Source: Bacteroidia bacterium
GTDB taxonomy: Bacteria > Bacteroidota > Bacteroidia > NS11-12g > UBA955
Assembly (NCBI GenBank): GCA_030158725.1
Contig: JAOASJ010000036.1
Span: 7,776-71,775 of the forward strand
Direction: 5' to 3'
Length of the DNA stretch: 64,000 bases
The position numbers were made by a program, and so were the translations under genes. The notes beneath the pieces are model-generated. The model did not search any database and was not told where the DNA came from. It saw nothing but the letters and a program-made list of their open reading frames with translations. How positions within the stretch are numbered: position 1 is the stretch's first letter; every line of letters begins with the position of its first letter. Positions 8,311-17,467 of the stretch are shown here, piece after piece.

Positions 8311-9619
8311 GGTGGTTGGTGGTATAGTTTATTTCTGACAAGGCAAATCCTTCAGCGTTAATATCACAAAGCAAAACTTCAGTAATTTCGTTAATGAGTA
8401 ATGGGTCGTAATCAGCTTCAACTTTAATATAATTATCTGTAAAGCCATACATTTTGCCATTTTTTTCTTCATTTTCAAAAAGAACACTGTGGTTTGTATT
8501 TAATTGAGAATTATAAAATGCTTGTTTTTTCTTTTCGCTTAAAATTCTGAGCATTTCGGTTCTTTCGTTTCTTTTAAATTGATGTACTTTATCTTTCAAT
8601 TTAGCCGCAGTTGTTTGCGCCCTCTCTGAATATGGAAAAACATGCAAATAAGAAACGTCTAAATCTCTAATAAAATTATATGTCTCAAGAAACTCTTCAT
8701 CTGTTTCACCGGGGTAACCTACAATAACGTCAACCCCAATGGAGCAATGTGGCATTAAACTTTTTATTTTTTGAACCTTGTCGACGTATAATTCTCTTTC
8801 ATATTTTCGTCTCATACTTTTTAAAATTGTATTAGATCCACTTTGAAGTGGAATATGAAAATGAGGCATTATTTTTTCAGACTTAGAAACAAACTCAATA
8901 ATTCTATCTTCTAATAAATTTGGCTCTATCGACGATATGCGATAACGGTCTATGCCTTCAATTTTGTCCAGTTCAAGCAATAAATCATAAAAGGTTTCTC
9001 CATTTTGAACACCAAAATCGCCGAGATTAACCCCAGTAAGTACAACCTCTTTTATATCAGTTTTACTCACTTCATTAGCGACCTTTAATGTTTCTTCAAT
9101 GGTATGGCTTCTGCTTTTACCTCTAGCCAATGGTATGGTGCAGAATGAGCAAAAGTAATCACATCCATCTTGAACTTTTAGAAAAGATCGGGTTCTGTCT
9201 CCTATTGAAAATCCTGGGATAAAAACATTGGTCTCTTTAATGTTTTGATTAAATATTCCTGCCTTATCGTTTTTCTTTTCTATCCCTGATAAATGCTCAA
9301 TTAAATTGAATTTTTCGGCCGCACCTAAAACGAGGTCAACTCCAGGAATATTTGCTATTTCATTTGGTTTAAGTTGAGCATAGCAACCAATTATAACGAC
9401 AAAAGCATTTGGATTGTATTTAAGCGCTTCTTTAACAACCTTCTTACATTTTCTGTCCGCGTGGTCTGTTACCGAACAGGTATTTATAACATAAATATCG
9501 GCTGAGTCAGTAAATTCTTTTTTTACCAAACCAGCAGTTTCCAATTGTCTAGAGATGGTTGAAGTCTCTGAAAAATTGAGTTTACATCCGAGGGTATAAA
9601 AAGCTACAGAATTAAGCAT
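8300..9619 (-). CDS. mtaB: tRNA (t6A37) methylthiotransferase MtaB (radical SAM)
   Basis: 439 aa. N-terminal FYTLGCKLNFSETS (UPF0004 domain), radical-SAM CDYFCSFCTIP motif, C-terminal TRAM-like region. Confidence 0.85.
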   Translation of the reverse strand: MLNSVAFYTLGCKLNFSETSTISRQLETAGLVKKEFTDSADIYVINTCSVTDHADRKCKKVVKEALKYNPNAFVVIIGCYAQLKPNEIANIPGVDLVLGAAEKFNLIEHLSGIEKKNDKAGIFNQNIKETNVFIPGFSIGDRTRSFLKVQDGCDYFCSFCTIPLARGKSRSHTIEETLKVANEVSKTDIKEVVLTGVNLGDFGVQNGETFYDLLLELDKIEGIDRYRISSIEPNLLEDRIIEFVSKSEKIMPHFHIPLQSGSNTILKSMRRKYERELYVDKVQKIKSLMPHCSIGVDVIVGYPGETDEEFLETYNFIRDLDVSYLHVFPYSERAQTTAAKLKDKVHQFKRNERTEMLRILSEKKKQAFYNSQLNTNHSVLFENEEKNGKMYGFTDNYIKVEADYDPLLINEITEVLLCDINAEGFALSEINYTTNHHVS

Positions 9620-9698
9620 TTAAACCGCGAAATTAATAAAAATAACCCAATTAAATGGATTATAAATTCTTTGGAAATATTAATTCTAAAGTATTGCC

Positions 9699-10658
9699 TT
9701 AATTCTGGGAATTAATTTTTGCATTTTGCAAAAAGTCATTTAATTCTTTGATGAAAACTTCCAATCTAAGACATGATAATTTCATAAATGCGTATAATTG
9801 ATCTTTGTCTTCTTCTGGAACATCAGTTTCTGTTAGTTGATGCATTATTCCAATTAAATTTGACACAGGTTGCCTAACTTTATGGGATGTTATGTGCAGC
9901 ATCTGTTCTAATTGCTGGGTATATTCTTTCTTAAGTTTATCCGCTTGTAACCGCTCTGTTAAATCGAATGAAAGAATAAAAACACCTTCATTTATTGGAT
10001 ATAAAAAGAGTTCATATGTTGAAGTCAACCCATTAGGATTTTCAAAATCAAACACAAAACGCATTTGCCTATTTGAGGCTATAGTTTTATCTATGTGTGC
10101 AATAAGTTCAGAATTTGTTAATTGAGGAAATTTTTCTTCAACAGTAAATCCTATCAATTCTTCGCGTTTGAAATGGGCTTGAGATTCTAAAGCTTTGTTC
10201 ACATAAACAAATTTGTGGTCCTTGTCAATTAATTGAATCCCTTCATACATGTTTTCAATAAGGGTGAAGAAATATTGGTTCATTTTTTTAATTTGATCCT
10301 CCTTTTCTTTTATCTCATTGTTAAAACTTTCTTTAATTTGAATTTTTCTTTCAATGTGATTTTTGTCCCAAATTGTCCAAAAAGCACTTAGAATTACAGC
10401 TAAAACAGAAATTGCGCGGTTTATTACAATTTCTTGAGTGATTTTGTCATTGAAATGCAAAAACACTATTACCGTATTGCAGAAAATGGTTAGTATTAAA
10501 AGTGAATAAATGAGTTTTCTACTTGCCCCTCGCAACAGTATAAAACTAAACATATAAAACACACCATCTACATAATCTAGTGGCGTAAGGATGTCAATAA
10601 AAAACACAATAAAAACACTAGCAATTGCTATTTTATGATTCTTACTGTAGTTTTCCAT
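9699..10658 (-). CDS. Membrane PAS sensor with an H-box/DHp segment but no HATPase domain
   Basis: 319 aa. It has 3-4 N-terminal TM helices, a PAS-like core (YEGIQLIDKDHKFVYVNKALE...) and an H-box ITSHKVRQPVSNLIGI. The ORF ends about 60 aa later, and only 79 nt separate it from mtaB. Confidence 0.6.
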   Translation of the reverse strand: MENYSKNHKIAIASVFIVFFIDILTPLDYVDGVFYMFSFILLRGASRKLIYSLLILTIFCNTVIVFLHFNDKITQEIVINRAISVLAVILSAFWTIWDKNHIERKIQIKESFNNEIKEKEDQIKKMNQYFFTLIENMYEGIQLIDKDHKFVYVNKALESQAHFKREELIGFTVEEKFPQLTNSELIAHIDKTIASNRQMRFVFDFENPNGLTSTYELFLYPINEGVFILSFDLTERLQADKLKKEYTQQLEQMLHITSHKVRQPVSNLIGIMHQLTETDVPEEDKDQLYAFMKLSCLRLEVFIKELNDFLQNAKINSQN

Positions 10659-10784
10659 TATAATAACACATTAATTGCTAGCGTTCTAAAAACTTTTTAG
10701 TTTTTGAAACTTGAGCAAATGTATTAAAATTTATAAAAAAATACTAATACCAGGAAAAATAATCAACAATTAATGTTGCAACAA

Positions 10785-11639
10785 CTATCCAAAAACCTTA
10801 GTAGCTAGTTCAAACGAACTTGAAAACTTCTCTTTATTGATTCCTGTAGATTCATTAACATCATCTAAAAAAGACAATAATAATTCAGTAGGTAAATTAC
10901 CGGTTAGTTTATCAGCAGCAAATGGGCAACCGCCAAAACCTTGAATTGCAGCATCAAATTTCCTGCAACCACTTTGATACGCTGCTTGTAAGTTTTGATG
11001 ATAATTGTCTGGTCTTGTATGAAAATGTGCGCCAAACTCAACGTGGTCAATTCCTTTAACCCCTTCGAATAAACGTTTAATATCTGGCACTTGAGCAACG
11101 CCAATGGTATCTGACAAATTAATTAATGTAACGCCTTCATCTGCTATTTTTTTACACCAATCAATGGCCAATTCAATAGACCATTCATCATTATAAGGAT
11201 TGCCAAAACCCATAGATAAATAGACTAAAAACTGTTTATTGCTTTGTAAAGCTATATTTTGCATTGCTTTTAAGCGCATAAAAGCTTCTGAAGTTGTTTG
11301 TCTGGTATTTCTTAATTGAAATGTTTCTGAAATACTAAATGGAAAACCGATTAAATTGATGTTGTCAAAACCACAAGCAGTTTCTGCTCCTTTTTCGTTG
11401 GCAACAACACTAAGTAATTTTGTGTTATTGGTGACTTTATTTATTTTGGATAAAACTTCACTTGTATCGGCGAGTTGAGGTACTGCTTTGGCTGAAACAA
11501 AGCTACCACAATCAATAGTATCAAAACCCACTTCTATAAGTGAATTAATATATTCTACTTTTAAATCAGTAGGAATAGTTTTTGAGAAACCTTGCATGGC
11601 GTCTCTAGAACATTCAACTATTTTGATGGACGGTTTCAT
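10785..11639 (-). CDS. Hydroxymethylglutaryl-CoA lyase
   Basis: 284 aa. IVECSRDAMQG...GFGNPY..., HMGL-like TIM-barrel signature. Confidence 0.85.
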   Translation of the reverse strand: MKPSIKIVECSRDAMQGFSKTIPTDLKVEYINSLIEVGFDTIDCGSFVSAKAVPQLADTSEVLSKINKVTNNTKLLSVVANEKGAETACGFDNINLIGFPFSISETFQLRNTRQTTSEAFMRLKAMQNIALQSNKQFLVYLSMGFGNPYNDEWSIELAIDWCKKIADEGVTLINLSDTIGVAQVPDIKRLFEGVKGIDHVEFGAHFHTRPDNYHQNLQAAYQSGCRKFDAAIQGFGGCPFAADKLTGNLPTELLLSFLDDVNESTGINKEKFSSSFELATKVFG

Positions 11640-12139
11640 TAAAAACTGGTGTCTTTAGAATTCAAACGCGCTTCAAATCTTCTGAACAACTCCTCATCAG
11701 TTAAACCTGAATATTCAGACCATTTTTTAACTTCTTCAATTCTAGGATGGTTTGGGAACAAGGTTATAAACTGATCGTATAATTTTTTAGCATGTGCAGG
11801 ATCAGGAATGGTTGCAAATGCAATTCCACCATTGATTAATGCTTGTGGCACAATTGAATTTCCAGCATATTCATTTGCTACCCTTTCATACAATCTTGCC
11901 CCCTTAACTACTTTAGCGTTTGTCACACAAATATGGGCTGCATGCATTAAGTAGGTAGCACTAGAATCGTGACTTGGATTTGCATCTGCAAATCGGATGT
12001 ATGAATTAATTAAGCTGTCACTATTTTTCAATTTTGAGTTTTGCTCTAAATTGCTAATATCTCTTATTGCTGTATCAATGACATTATTGCTACAAGAGGT
12101 AATTAGAAAACTAATGACTAAAAAATATGTGTATTTCAT
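11639..12139 (-). CDS. Lipoprotein, helical/TPR-like, function unknown
   Basis: 166 aa. Lipobox LITSC. Its stop overlaps the start of the HMG-CoA lyase gene. Confidence 0.5.
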   Translation of the reverse strand: MKYTYFLVISFLITSCSNNVIDTAIRDISNLEQNSKLKNSDSLINSYIRFADANPSHDSSATYLMHAAHICVTNAKVVKGARLYERVANEYAGNSIVPQALINGGIAFATIPDPAHAKKLYDQFITLFPNHPRIEEVKKWSEYSGLTDEELFRRFEARLNSKDTSF

Positions 12140-12143
12140 TTTG

Positions 12144-12174
12144 CAAAAATAAGCTTGTTGTTGTACGTTTCAAA
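12144..12174 (-). promoter_or_regulatory. Consensus promoter (TTTG-N19-TATTTTTG) only 4 nt upstream of the ATG at 12139
   Basis: Plus strand has CAAAAATA at 12144-12151 and CAAA at 12171-12174 with a 19-nt spacer. Confidence 0.55.
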
Positions 12175-13279
12175 TTATTGATTATTATCTTTAGAAGAAC
12201 CACTCATGGCCATTAAAAATGCTTTAATAAAATCGTCTATATCACCATCCATTACTGCTTGAATATTGCTGGTCTCCTCTCCTGTTCTTACATCTTTCAC
12301 CAATTTATATGGATGGAAAACATAGTTTCTAATTTGAGAACCCCATTCAATTTTCATCTTACTGGCTTCAATAGCATCACGTGCTTCATTCTTTTTCCTG
12401 AGCTCCAATTCGTATAATTGTGATTTCAACATTTGCATAGCAAGCTGTCTGTTTTCACCTTGAGAACGCGCTTTTTGACAAATAACAACAATACCTGTTG
12501 GTTTGTGGGTTAATTGAACTTTGGTTTCAACCTTGTTTACATTTTGTCCCCCTGCACCACCACTTCTACTGGTATGGAGTTCAACGTCTGCAGGATTGAT
12601 GTCAATTACAATATCGTCATCAACCATAGGATAAGCGTATACAGAAGCGAAAGATGTATGTCTGCGGGCGTTTGAATCGAAAGGTGAAATCCTAACCATT
12701 CTATGCACACCACTTTCACCTTTTAAATAACCGTATGGAAAATTACCTTCATATTCAAGGGTAATAGATTTTATCCCTGCAACATCCCCATCTTGTCTAT
12801 CTATTTCTGTGACTTTGTAACCGTTCTTTTCACCCCACATGATGTACATGCGAGATAGCATCTCAGCCCAATCACAACTTTCCGTTCCTCCTGCTCCACT
12901 GTTAATAGTTAGTATAGCACCTAAACGGTCCTCCTCGCTTCTTAACATGTTTTTCATTTCGAGGTCTTCAACATTTAAGATACAAGCTTTGTACGCTTGA
13001 TCAATGTCATCCTCTGTAGCTTCTCCAATTTCTTGGAATTCTTTTAAAATTTCTATTTCAGCAATTCCGTCCTCACACTTTTTATAAGCGTCAGTCCAAA
13101 ATTTCTTTTCCTTAATTAATTTTAAATGTTTTTCGGCTTTACTTGGTACATCCCAAAAATTGGGTGCCAAGGTTTGCGACTCTTCATCGGCTATTAGCGC
13201 CAGTTTCTGAGTGACGTCAAAGATACCTCCCCAAAGCCTCGACGCGGCCTTTTAAATCCTTCAATTGGTCGTTATTCAT
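12175..13279 (-). CDS. prfB: Peptide chain release factor 2, expressed through a programmed +1 frameshift
   Basis: Frame 0 from the ATG at 13279 reads [20 protein letters not shown] then TGA. Shifting +1 at CTT TGA C gives [30 protein letters not shown]..., which joins the 331-aa track [13 protein letters not shown] (GGQ motif) is present. 13218-12175 is 1044 nt, in frame. Confidence 0.92.
13216..13232 (-). promoter_or_regulatory. RF2 recoding signal: GGGGAGG-TAT-CTT-TGA-C
   Basis: Minus-sense GGGGAGG TAT CTT TGA C. The slippery CTT, in-frame TGA and following C, and the 3-nt spacing to the SD-like element, are the same as the classical E. coli prfB site. Confidence 0.9.
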
Positions 13280-13355
13280 GCCGCAAATTTAAGTTTATCC
13301 AATGAATAATAAACCATACAATTTACAATAAATTATAAATCTAAACTTAGTAAAA

Positions 13356-14591
13356 CTATTTCATTAAATCATTTAGCATAGCAAAAGCCATGTTTGCTGA
13401 TCGGCCGATTACGTTAATCCTTTCACCATGAAAATGAAAAGTCTTTACAATGGTTTCTGTAGCCGAAGCAACGCCAATAACAACTGTACCGACTGGTTTT
13501 TCATCACTTCCACCTGCAGGACCAGCAACGCCGGAAACGGCAATTGAATAATCCGTTTGAAGACGTTCTCTAACACCGATTGCCATTTGTGAAACCACTT
13601 GTTCACTCACTGCACCTACTGTTTCAAACAAAGTAGATTCAACGCCCAACTGGTGGTGTTTTACTGAATTACTATAACTAACTACAGATCCAACAAAAAC
13701 TTTGGATGCCCCGGGAATAGAAGTTAAGAGATGTGAAATATAACCACCGGTACAACTTTCAGCAACACTTAAAGTTTTACCATTAGAATTTAAATTCTTT
13801 GAAGCTATTTCAGCGAGGGTTAAATCTTGAGTAGCTATGACACCATTGCCAACTCTTTCAATGATTTTTTGTGCGAATGAGTCAACTAATTGATGTATTT
13901 CTATACCGTTTGACATGGTTCCAGTCAATCTCAATCTTACCACATTTAGACCTGGTAGGTATGCAAGTTTAATATTATTGGGCAATTGCTCTTCAATATC
14001 TTCAATTTGTTTGGCCAATATAGACTCAGGAATATTAAAGGTTACAATGGTTTTATGGTATAGTGTTGGTTCATGAAAACGTTCTTGAATTTTAGGCAAA
14101 GCTTTAAATTCAAATATGTTCTTCATTTCATAAGGTACTCCAGGTAAAGAAATCACAACACGACCATCCACATCGAACCACATACCAGGCGCGGTTCCCC
14201 ATTCATTGAACAAGGTTATACATCCACTAGGTAGCTCTGCTTGAATTTTATTTATTTCCAATAATTGTCTACCACGGTCTTTGAAATACAGTTCCAATTG
14301 ATCAATTACATCTTGGTCTATTCTCCAATCCATTCCAAAATAATCTTTCAATGTTTTCTTCGTAATATCATCTTTGGTTGGGCCTAATCCACCAGTAATA
14401 ATAATTAACTCAGAACGCTTAAGACAACTTGAGAGCATTTCTTTAATCTCATTGGCATCATCACTAATAGAATTAATTCTATTGACTTTAATGTTCGATT
14501 TATTTAACATTTGACCAAGCCAGGCGCTGTTTGTATCAACTACTTGACCGATTAGCAATTCGTCTCCTATTGTAATTATTTCTGCTTGCAT
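13356..14591 (-). CDS. cinA: CinA family protein (competence/damage-inducible; nicotinamide-nucleotide amidohydrolase domain)
   Basis: 411 aa. MQAEIITIGDELLIGQVVDTNSAWLGQ N-terminus (MoCF domain) plus a C-terminal CinA/PncC domain (SVAESCTGG). Confidence 0.85.
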   Translation of the reverse strand: MQAEIITIGDELLIGQVVDTNSAWLGQMLNKSNIKVNRINSISDDANEIKEMLSSCLKRSELIIITGGLGPTKDDITKKTLKDYFGMDWRIDQDVIDQLELYFKDRGRQLLEINKIQAELPSGCITLFNEWGTAPGMWFDVDGRVVISLPGVPYEMKNIFEFKALPKIQERFHEPTLYHKTIVTFNIPESILAKQIEDIEEQLPNNIKLAYLPGLNVVRLRLTGTMSNGIEIHQLVDSFAQKIIERVGNGVIATQDLTLAEIASKNLNSNGKTLSVAESCTGGYISHLLTSIPGASKVFVGSVVSYSNSVKHHQLGVESTLFETVGAVSEQVVSQMAIGVRERLQTDYSIAVSGVAGPAGGSDEKPVGTVVIGVASATETIVKTFHFHGERINVIGRSANMAFAMLNDLMK

Positions 14592-14693
14592 AATTTCATT
14601 ACAAAGATGGGTTATTTAAATAGAGTAGCTCATTTCAAGTTTTCAACATAAAAAATCTAGATGAATGATATCTTTGCATTTGATATTACCAAC

Positions 14694-15401
14694 ATGAAAA
14701 TCACGAAAACATTCCCTTTATTTATAGTTCTATTCATGTTGAGCAATAATACACAAGGGCAAGACACTACATTTATATTTCGAAACATGGAGAAGGAATT
14801 TTACCATGCGATATACATAGACAGCAATAAAGATTACAAATACTTCAAGAACATAAAGCAATTTTCATTGCATGGGAGTGACTCTATCGGAATGTTATTG
14901 TCTATAGAAGAAGAACTAAAGCAATACAAGCAAAAAATCAGGCATTCAAAAATTGACAGTATTTTTCCAAGGGTTTGGTACCAATTAAATGCATATAAAA
15001 ATCACTTATATTTATATGAGCCCAATGACAACGGTTTCAATACCAATAAGGTGTTGAGTGATTCTTGTTTAATTAATTTCAATATGGATGGACCATACCC
15101 AATTTTAATTGATAGTGTCAAACAGATTGGTAACACAGCTTTACATTTATTTACCAAAACTTATTACAAACCAGACGTAGATACCATCAGCGTATATATA
15201 TTAGATTGGGAAAGGAAAATCGCTTTATTTGACTACCACAATCCGTATTTATTAAATCGTTATAGATTGATGGTGGCGGCAGAGACTTCAAATACTTTTT
15301 CGGTTATAGTTAATTATTCTAAGTATAGAAAATGTTTCGAATATCAATTTAGTCCAATTGATTTTGAACCCTATTTAAACCAATTGGGATTAAAAAAATA
15401 A
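14694..15401 (+). CDS. Secreted hypothetical protein
   Basis: The start is moved to MKITKTFPLFIVLFMLSNNTQGQ (signal peptide). A -7 box TATCTTTG at 14669-14676 lies inside the longer track ORF, which supports this start. Confidence 0.5.
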   Translation: MKITKTFPLFIVLFMLSNNTQGQDTTFIFRNMEKEFYHAIYIDSNKDYKYFKNIKQFSLHGSDSIGMLLSIEEELKQYKQKIRHSKIDSIFPRVWYQLNAYKNHLYLYEPNDNGFNTNKVLSDSCLINFNMDGPYPILIDSVKQIGNTALHLFTKTYYKPDVDTISVYILDWERKIALFDYHNPYLLNRYRLMVAAETSNTFSVIVNYSKYRKCFEYQFSPIDFEPYLNQLGLKK

Positions 15402-15477
15402 GTTCAATATTTTCAATTAATTCACTTTTTTAATTGACACTTTTTTTATATATTCACGGATAAGAAGATGACTATAG

Positions 15478-17253
15478 ATGCAACTAAGTAAAGAGCAAAT
15501 TAAGATAATCGAGTCGAAAGGCAACATCAAAATAAATGCAGTTGCAGGATCTGGGAAAACCACAACGGTAATAGAATATGCTAAATCTCGTCCCAAAGAC
15601 TCACGTATACTTTATATCGCATTTAACAAATCAGTAAAATTAGAAGCAAACAAAAGATTTACTGAAGCAAAACTAAACAACGTTCAAATTGAAACCGCGC
15701 ATTCACTTGCATATAAGCATGTAGTCATTCCATTTCAATACAAAGTAAAATTACAAGGTTATAAGATACATGAATTGTCAGAAATTATTGGTTTAAATGG
15801 CTTGGCAGAAAAACATGCAGAATTCATACTTTCCAATCATATCAATAAGTTTGTCTCAATATTCTGCAACAGTGACAGATTAAAGGTTCAAGAAATAAAT
15901 TATTTAGACTATGTCTTAGATGACAAAGCGAGGCAATTTGTAGAAAATTACTATAAAATCATAGAACAGCAAACCAGATTGTTTTTAGCAAAAATGGACA
16001 AGGGTGAAATTGACATTACCCATGATTTTTATCTAAAGAAGTTTCAACTTATGAATACACAGTTGGGCTACGATTATATTTTATTTGATGAAGGTCAAGA
16101 TGCATCTCCTGCCATGTTGGATATTTTCATGAAGCAAAACTCAATAAAGGTAATTGTAGGTGACACCCACCAACAAATATATGGATGGAGAAATGCTGTA
16201 AACTCACTTGAGAAAGTTGATTACCCTAACTATTCTTTAAATACCAGCTATCGATTCAACAACAACATTGCAAGGTTAGCCACTTCGGTCTTGGACTGGA
16301 AAGCCTATTTGGGACCATTTAAGTCACTAGACATATTAGGCAATGGGATAAACCAGAAATTAAAACAAAGGGCAATTATAGCCCGGTCAAATTTGGGTTT
16401 ATTGTTAAAAGCAATTGAGTTTATTACCGAGAATCCAAAAGTTAGAAAGATTTATTTTGAGGGCAATATAAATTCATATACATACGCAGATGAAGGGGCT
16501 TCATTATACGATGTTCTGAATTTATCTACAGGAAAAAGACATTTAATAAAAGATGCTTTGATTAGCAATATGAAAAGCATAGAAGAATTAGAAGAGTATA
16601 TAGAAAATACGGAAGACAGACAATTGTCAATGATGCTTGAAATTGTTAACGAATATGGAAATGAAATATATGATTTGTTGCAAAATATAAAAAGCAAACA
16701 CGTCGAAAATGCGGAAAAAGAACAGGCTGAAATGATATTTTCTACCGTACATAGAAGTAAGGGTATGGAATACGATGAAGTATTATTGGTGGATGATTTT
16801 ATTACAGAGGAAAGCATTGACAAACAAATAAACAATTTAGACAGAGAATATAATTCTGCAAAAATCCAAGAAGACATCAATTTACTATATGTAGCGGTAA
16901 CAAGAACTAAAAACATATTGCATATACCAGAAGGCTTATTACCCAAAGGGTTTCCACAACTAGAAAGTATAAACGTAATCAAGAAACCTGAAAAAACCAG
17001 CATTGAAAAACAGATTACCGTTAAGAAAAAGACTTACAATAATTTTGTTGAATTAGAAACTGGCTCAAATTATCAGAAGTCAAAACCAAAAGAATCATAC
17101 CAAACATGGACACCTGCTTTAGATGCCGAATTGATTAAATTATTTAAAAAAGGCAGAAGCATACAAGAACTTGCGCATATTTTTGGCCGAAGCAAAGGTT
17201 CAATTTGGGCTAGAGTTAAAAAGTTAGATTTGGGTGATTATTACAGTGAATAA
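15478..17253 (+). CDS. UvrD-like SF1 helicase with a C-terminal GcrA/Myb-like helix-turn-helix tail
   Basis: 591 aa. Motif I AVAGSGKTT, motif II FDEGQD, VGDTHQQIYGWRNA, STVHRSKGMEYDEVLL and LLYVAVTRTK (UvrD_C_2-like). Tail: WTPALDAELIKLFKKGRSIQELAHIFGRSKGSIWARVKKL. Confidence 0.75.
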   Translation: MQLSKEQIKIIESKGNIKINAVAGSGKTTTVIEYAKSRPKDSRILYIAFNKSVKLEANKRFTEAKLNNVQIETAHSLAYKHVVIPFQYKVKLQGYKIHELSEIIGLNGLAEKHAEFILSNHINKFVSIFCNSDRLKVQEINYLDYVLDDKARQFVENYYKIIEQQTRLFLAKMDKGEIDITHDFYLKKFQLMNTQLGYDYILFDEGQDASPAMLDIFMKQNSIKVIVGDTHQQIYGWRNAVNSLEKVDYPNYSLNTSYRFNNNIARLATSVLDWKAYLGPFKSLDILGNGINQKLKQRAIIARSNLGLLLKAIEFITENPKVRKIYFEGNINSYTYADEGASLYDVLNLSTGKRHLIKDALISNMKSIEELEEYIENTEDRQLSMMLEIVNEYGNEIYDLLQNIKSKHVENAEKEQAEMIFSTVHRSKGMEYDEVLLVDDFITEESIDKQINNLDREYNSAKIQEDINLLYVAVTRTKNILHIPEGLLPKGFPQLESINVIKKPEKTSIEKQITVKKKTYNNFVELETGSNYQKSKPKESYQTWTPALDAELIKLFKKGRSIQELAHIFGRSKGSIWARVKKLDLGDYYSE

Positions 17254-17467
17254 AATATTTAGAAACAAGTGCTAAATATTTTGGACAAGTTAACAGAATT
17301 AGCCTAAAACAAGGATTTCCACTTTCAATTTATTTCCCCAAAAACTTAAAGACCTAGCAATATCGAGTAGCTTTAAATTTCATTTTTAAAAAAGTTTTAT
17401 TTTATCAACAAGCGAAAAAAAACAGAAGTGGAATATTAATTTTACAACATCAAGTTTCACTTCGCCA

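Noticed and set aside
12175-13170. The track ORF, taken as a stand-alone N-terminally truncated RF2 (a possible pseudogene).
   Set aside because: The missing N-terminus is present in the 0 frame upstream and joins through the canonical CTT TGA C +1 frameshift site. The gene is intact.
14661-17253. Hypothetical protein plus UvrD-like helicase, as a two-gene anti-phage defence system.
   Set aside because: The first protein has a clear signal peptide, so it is exported and is unlikely to partner with a cytoplasmic helicase. No nuclease, methylase, TIR/SIR2 or other effector domain is visible, and the flanks are core genes (cinA, dnaE). The helicase is reported on its own for its unusual tail.
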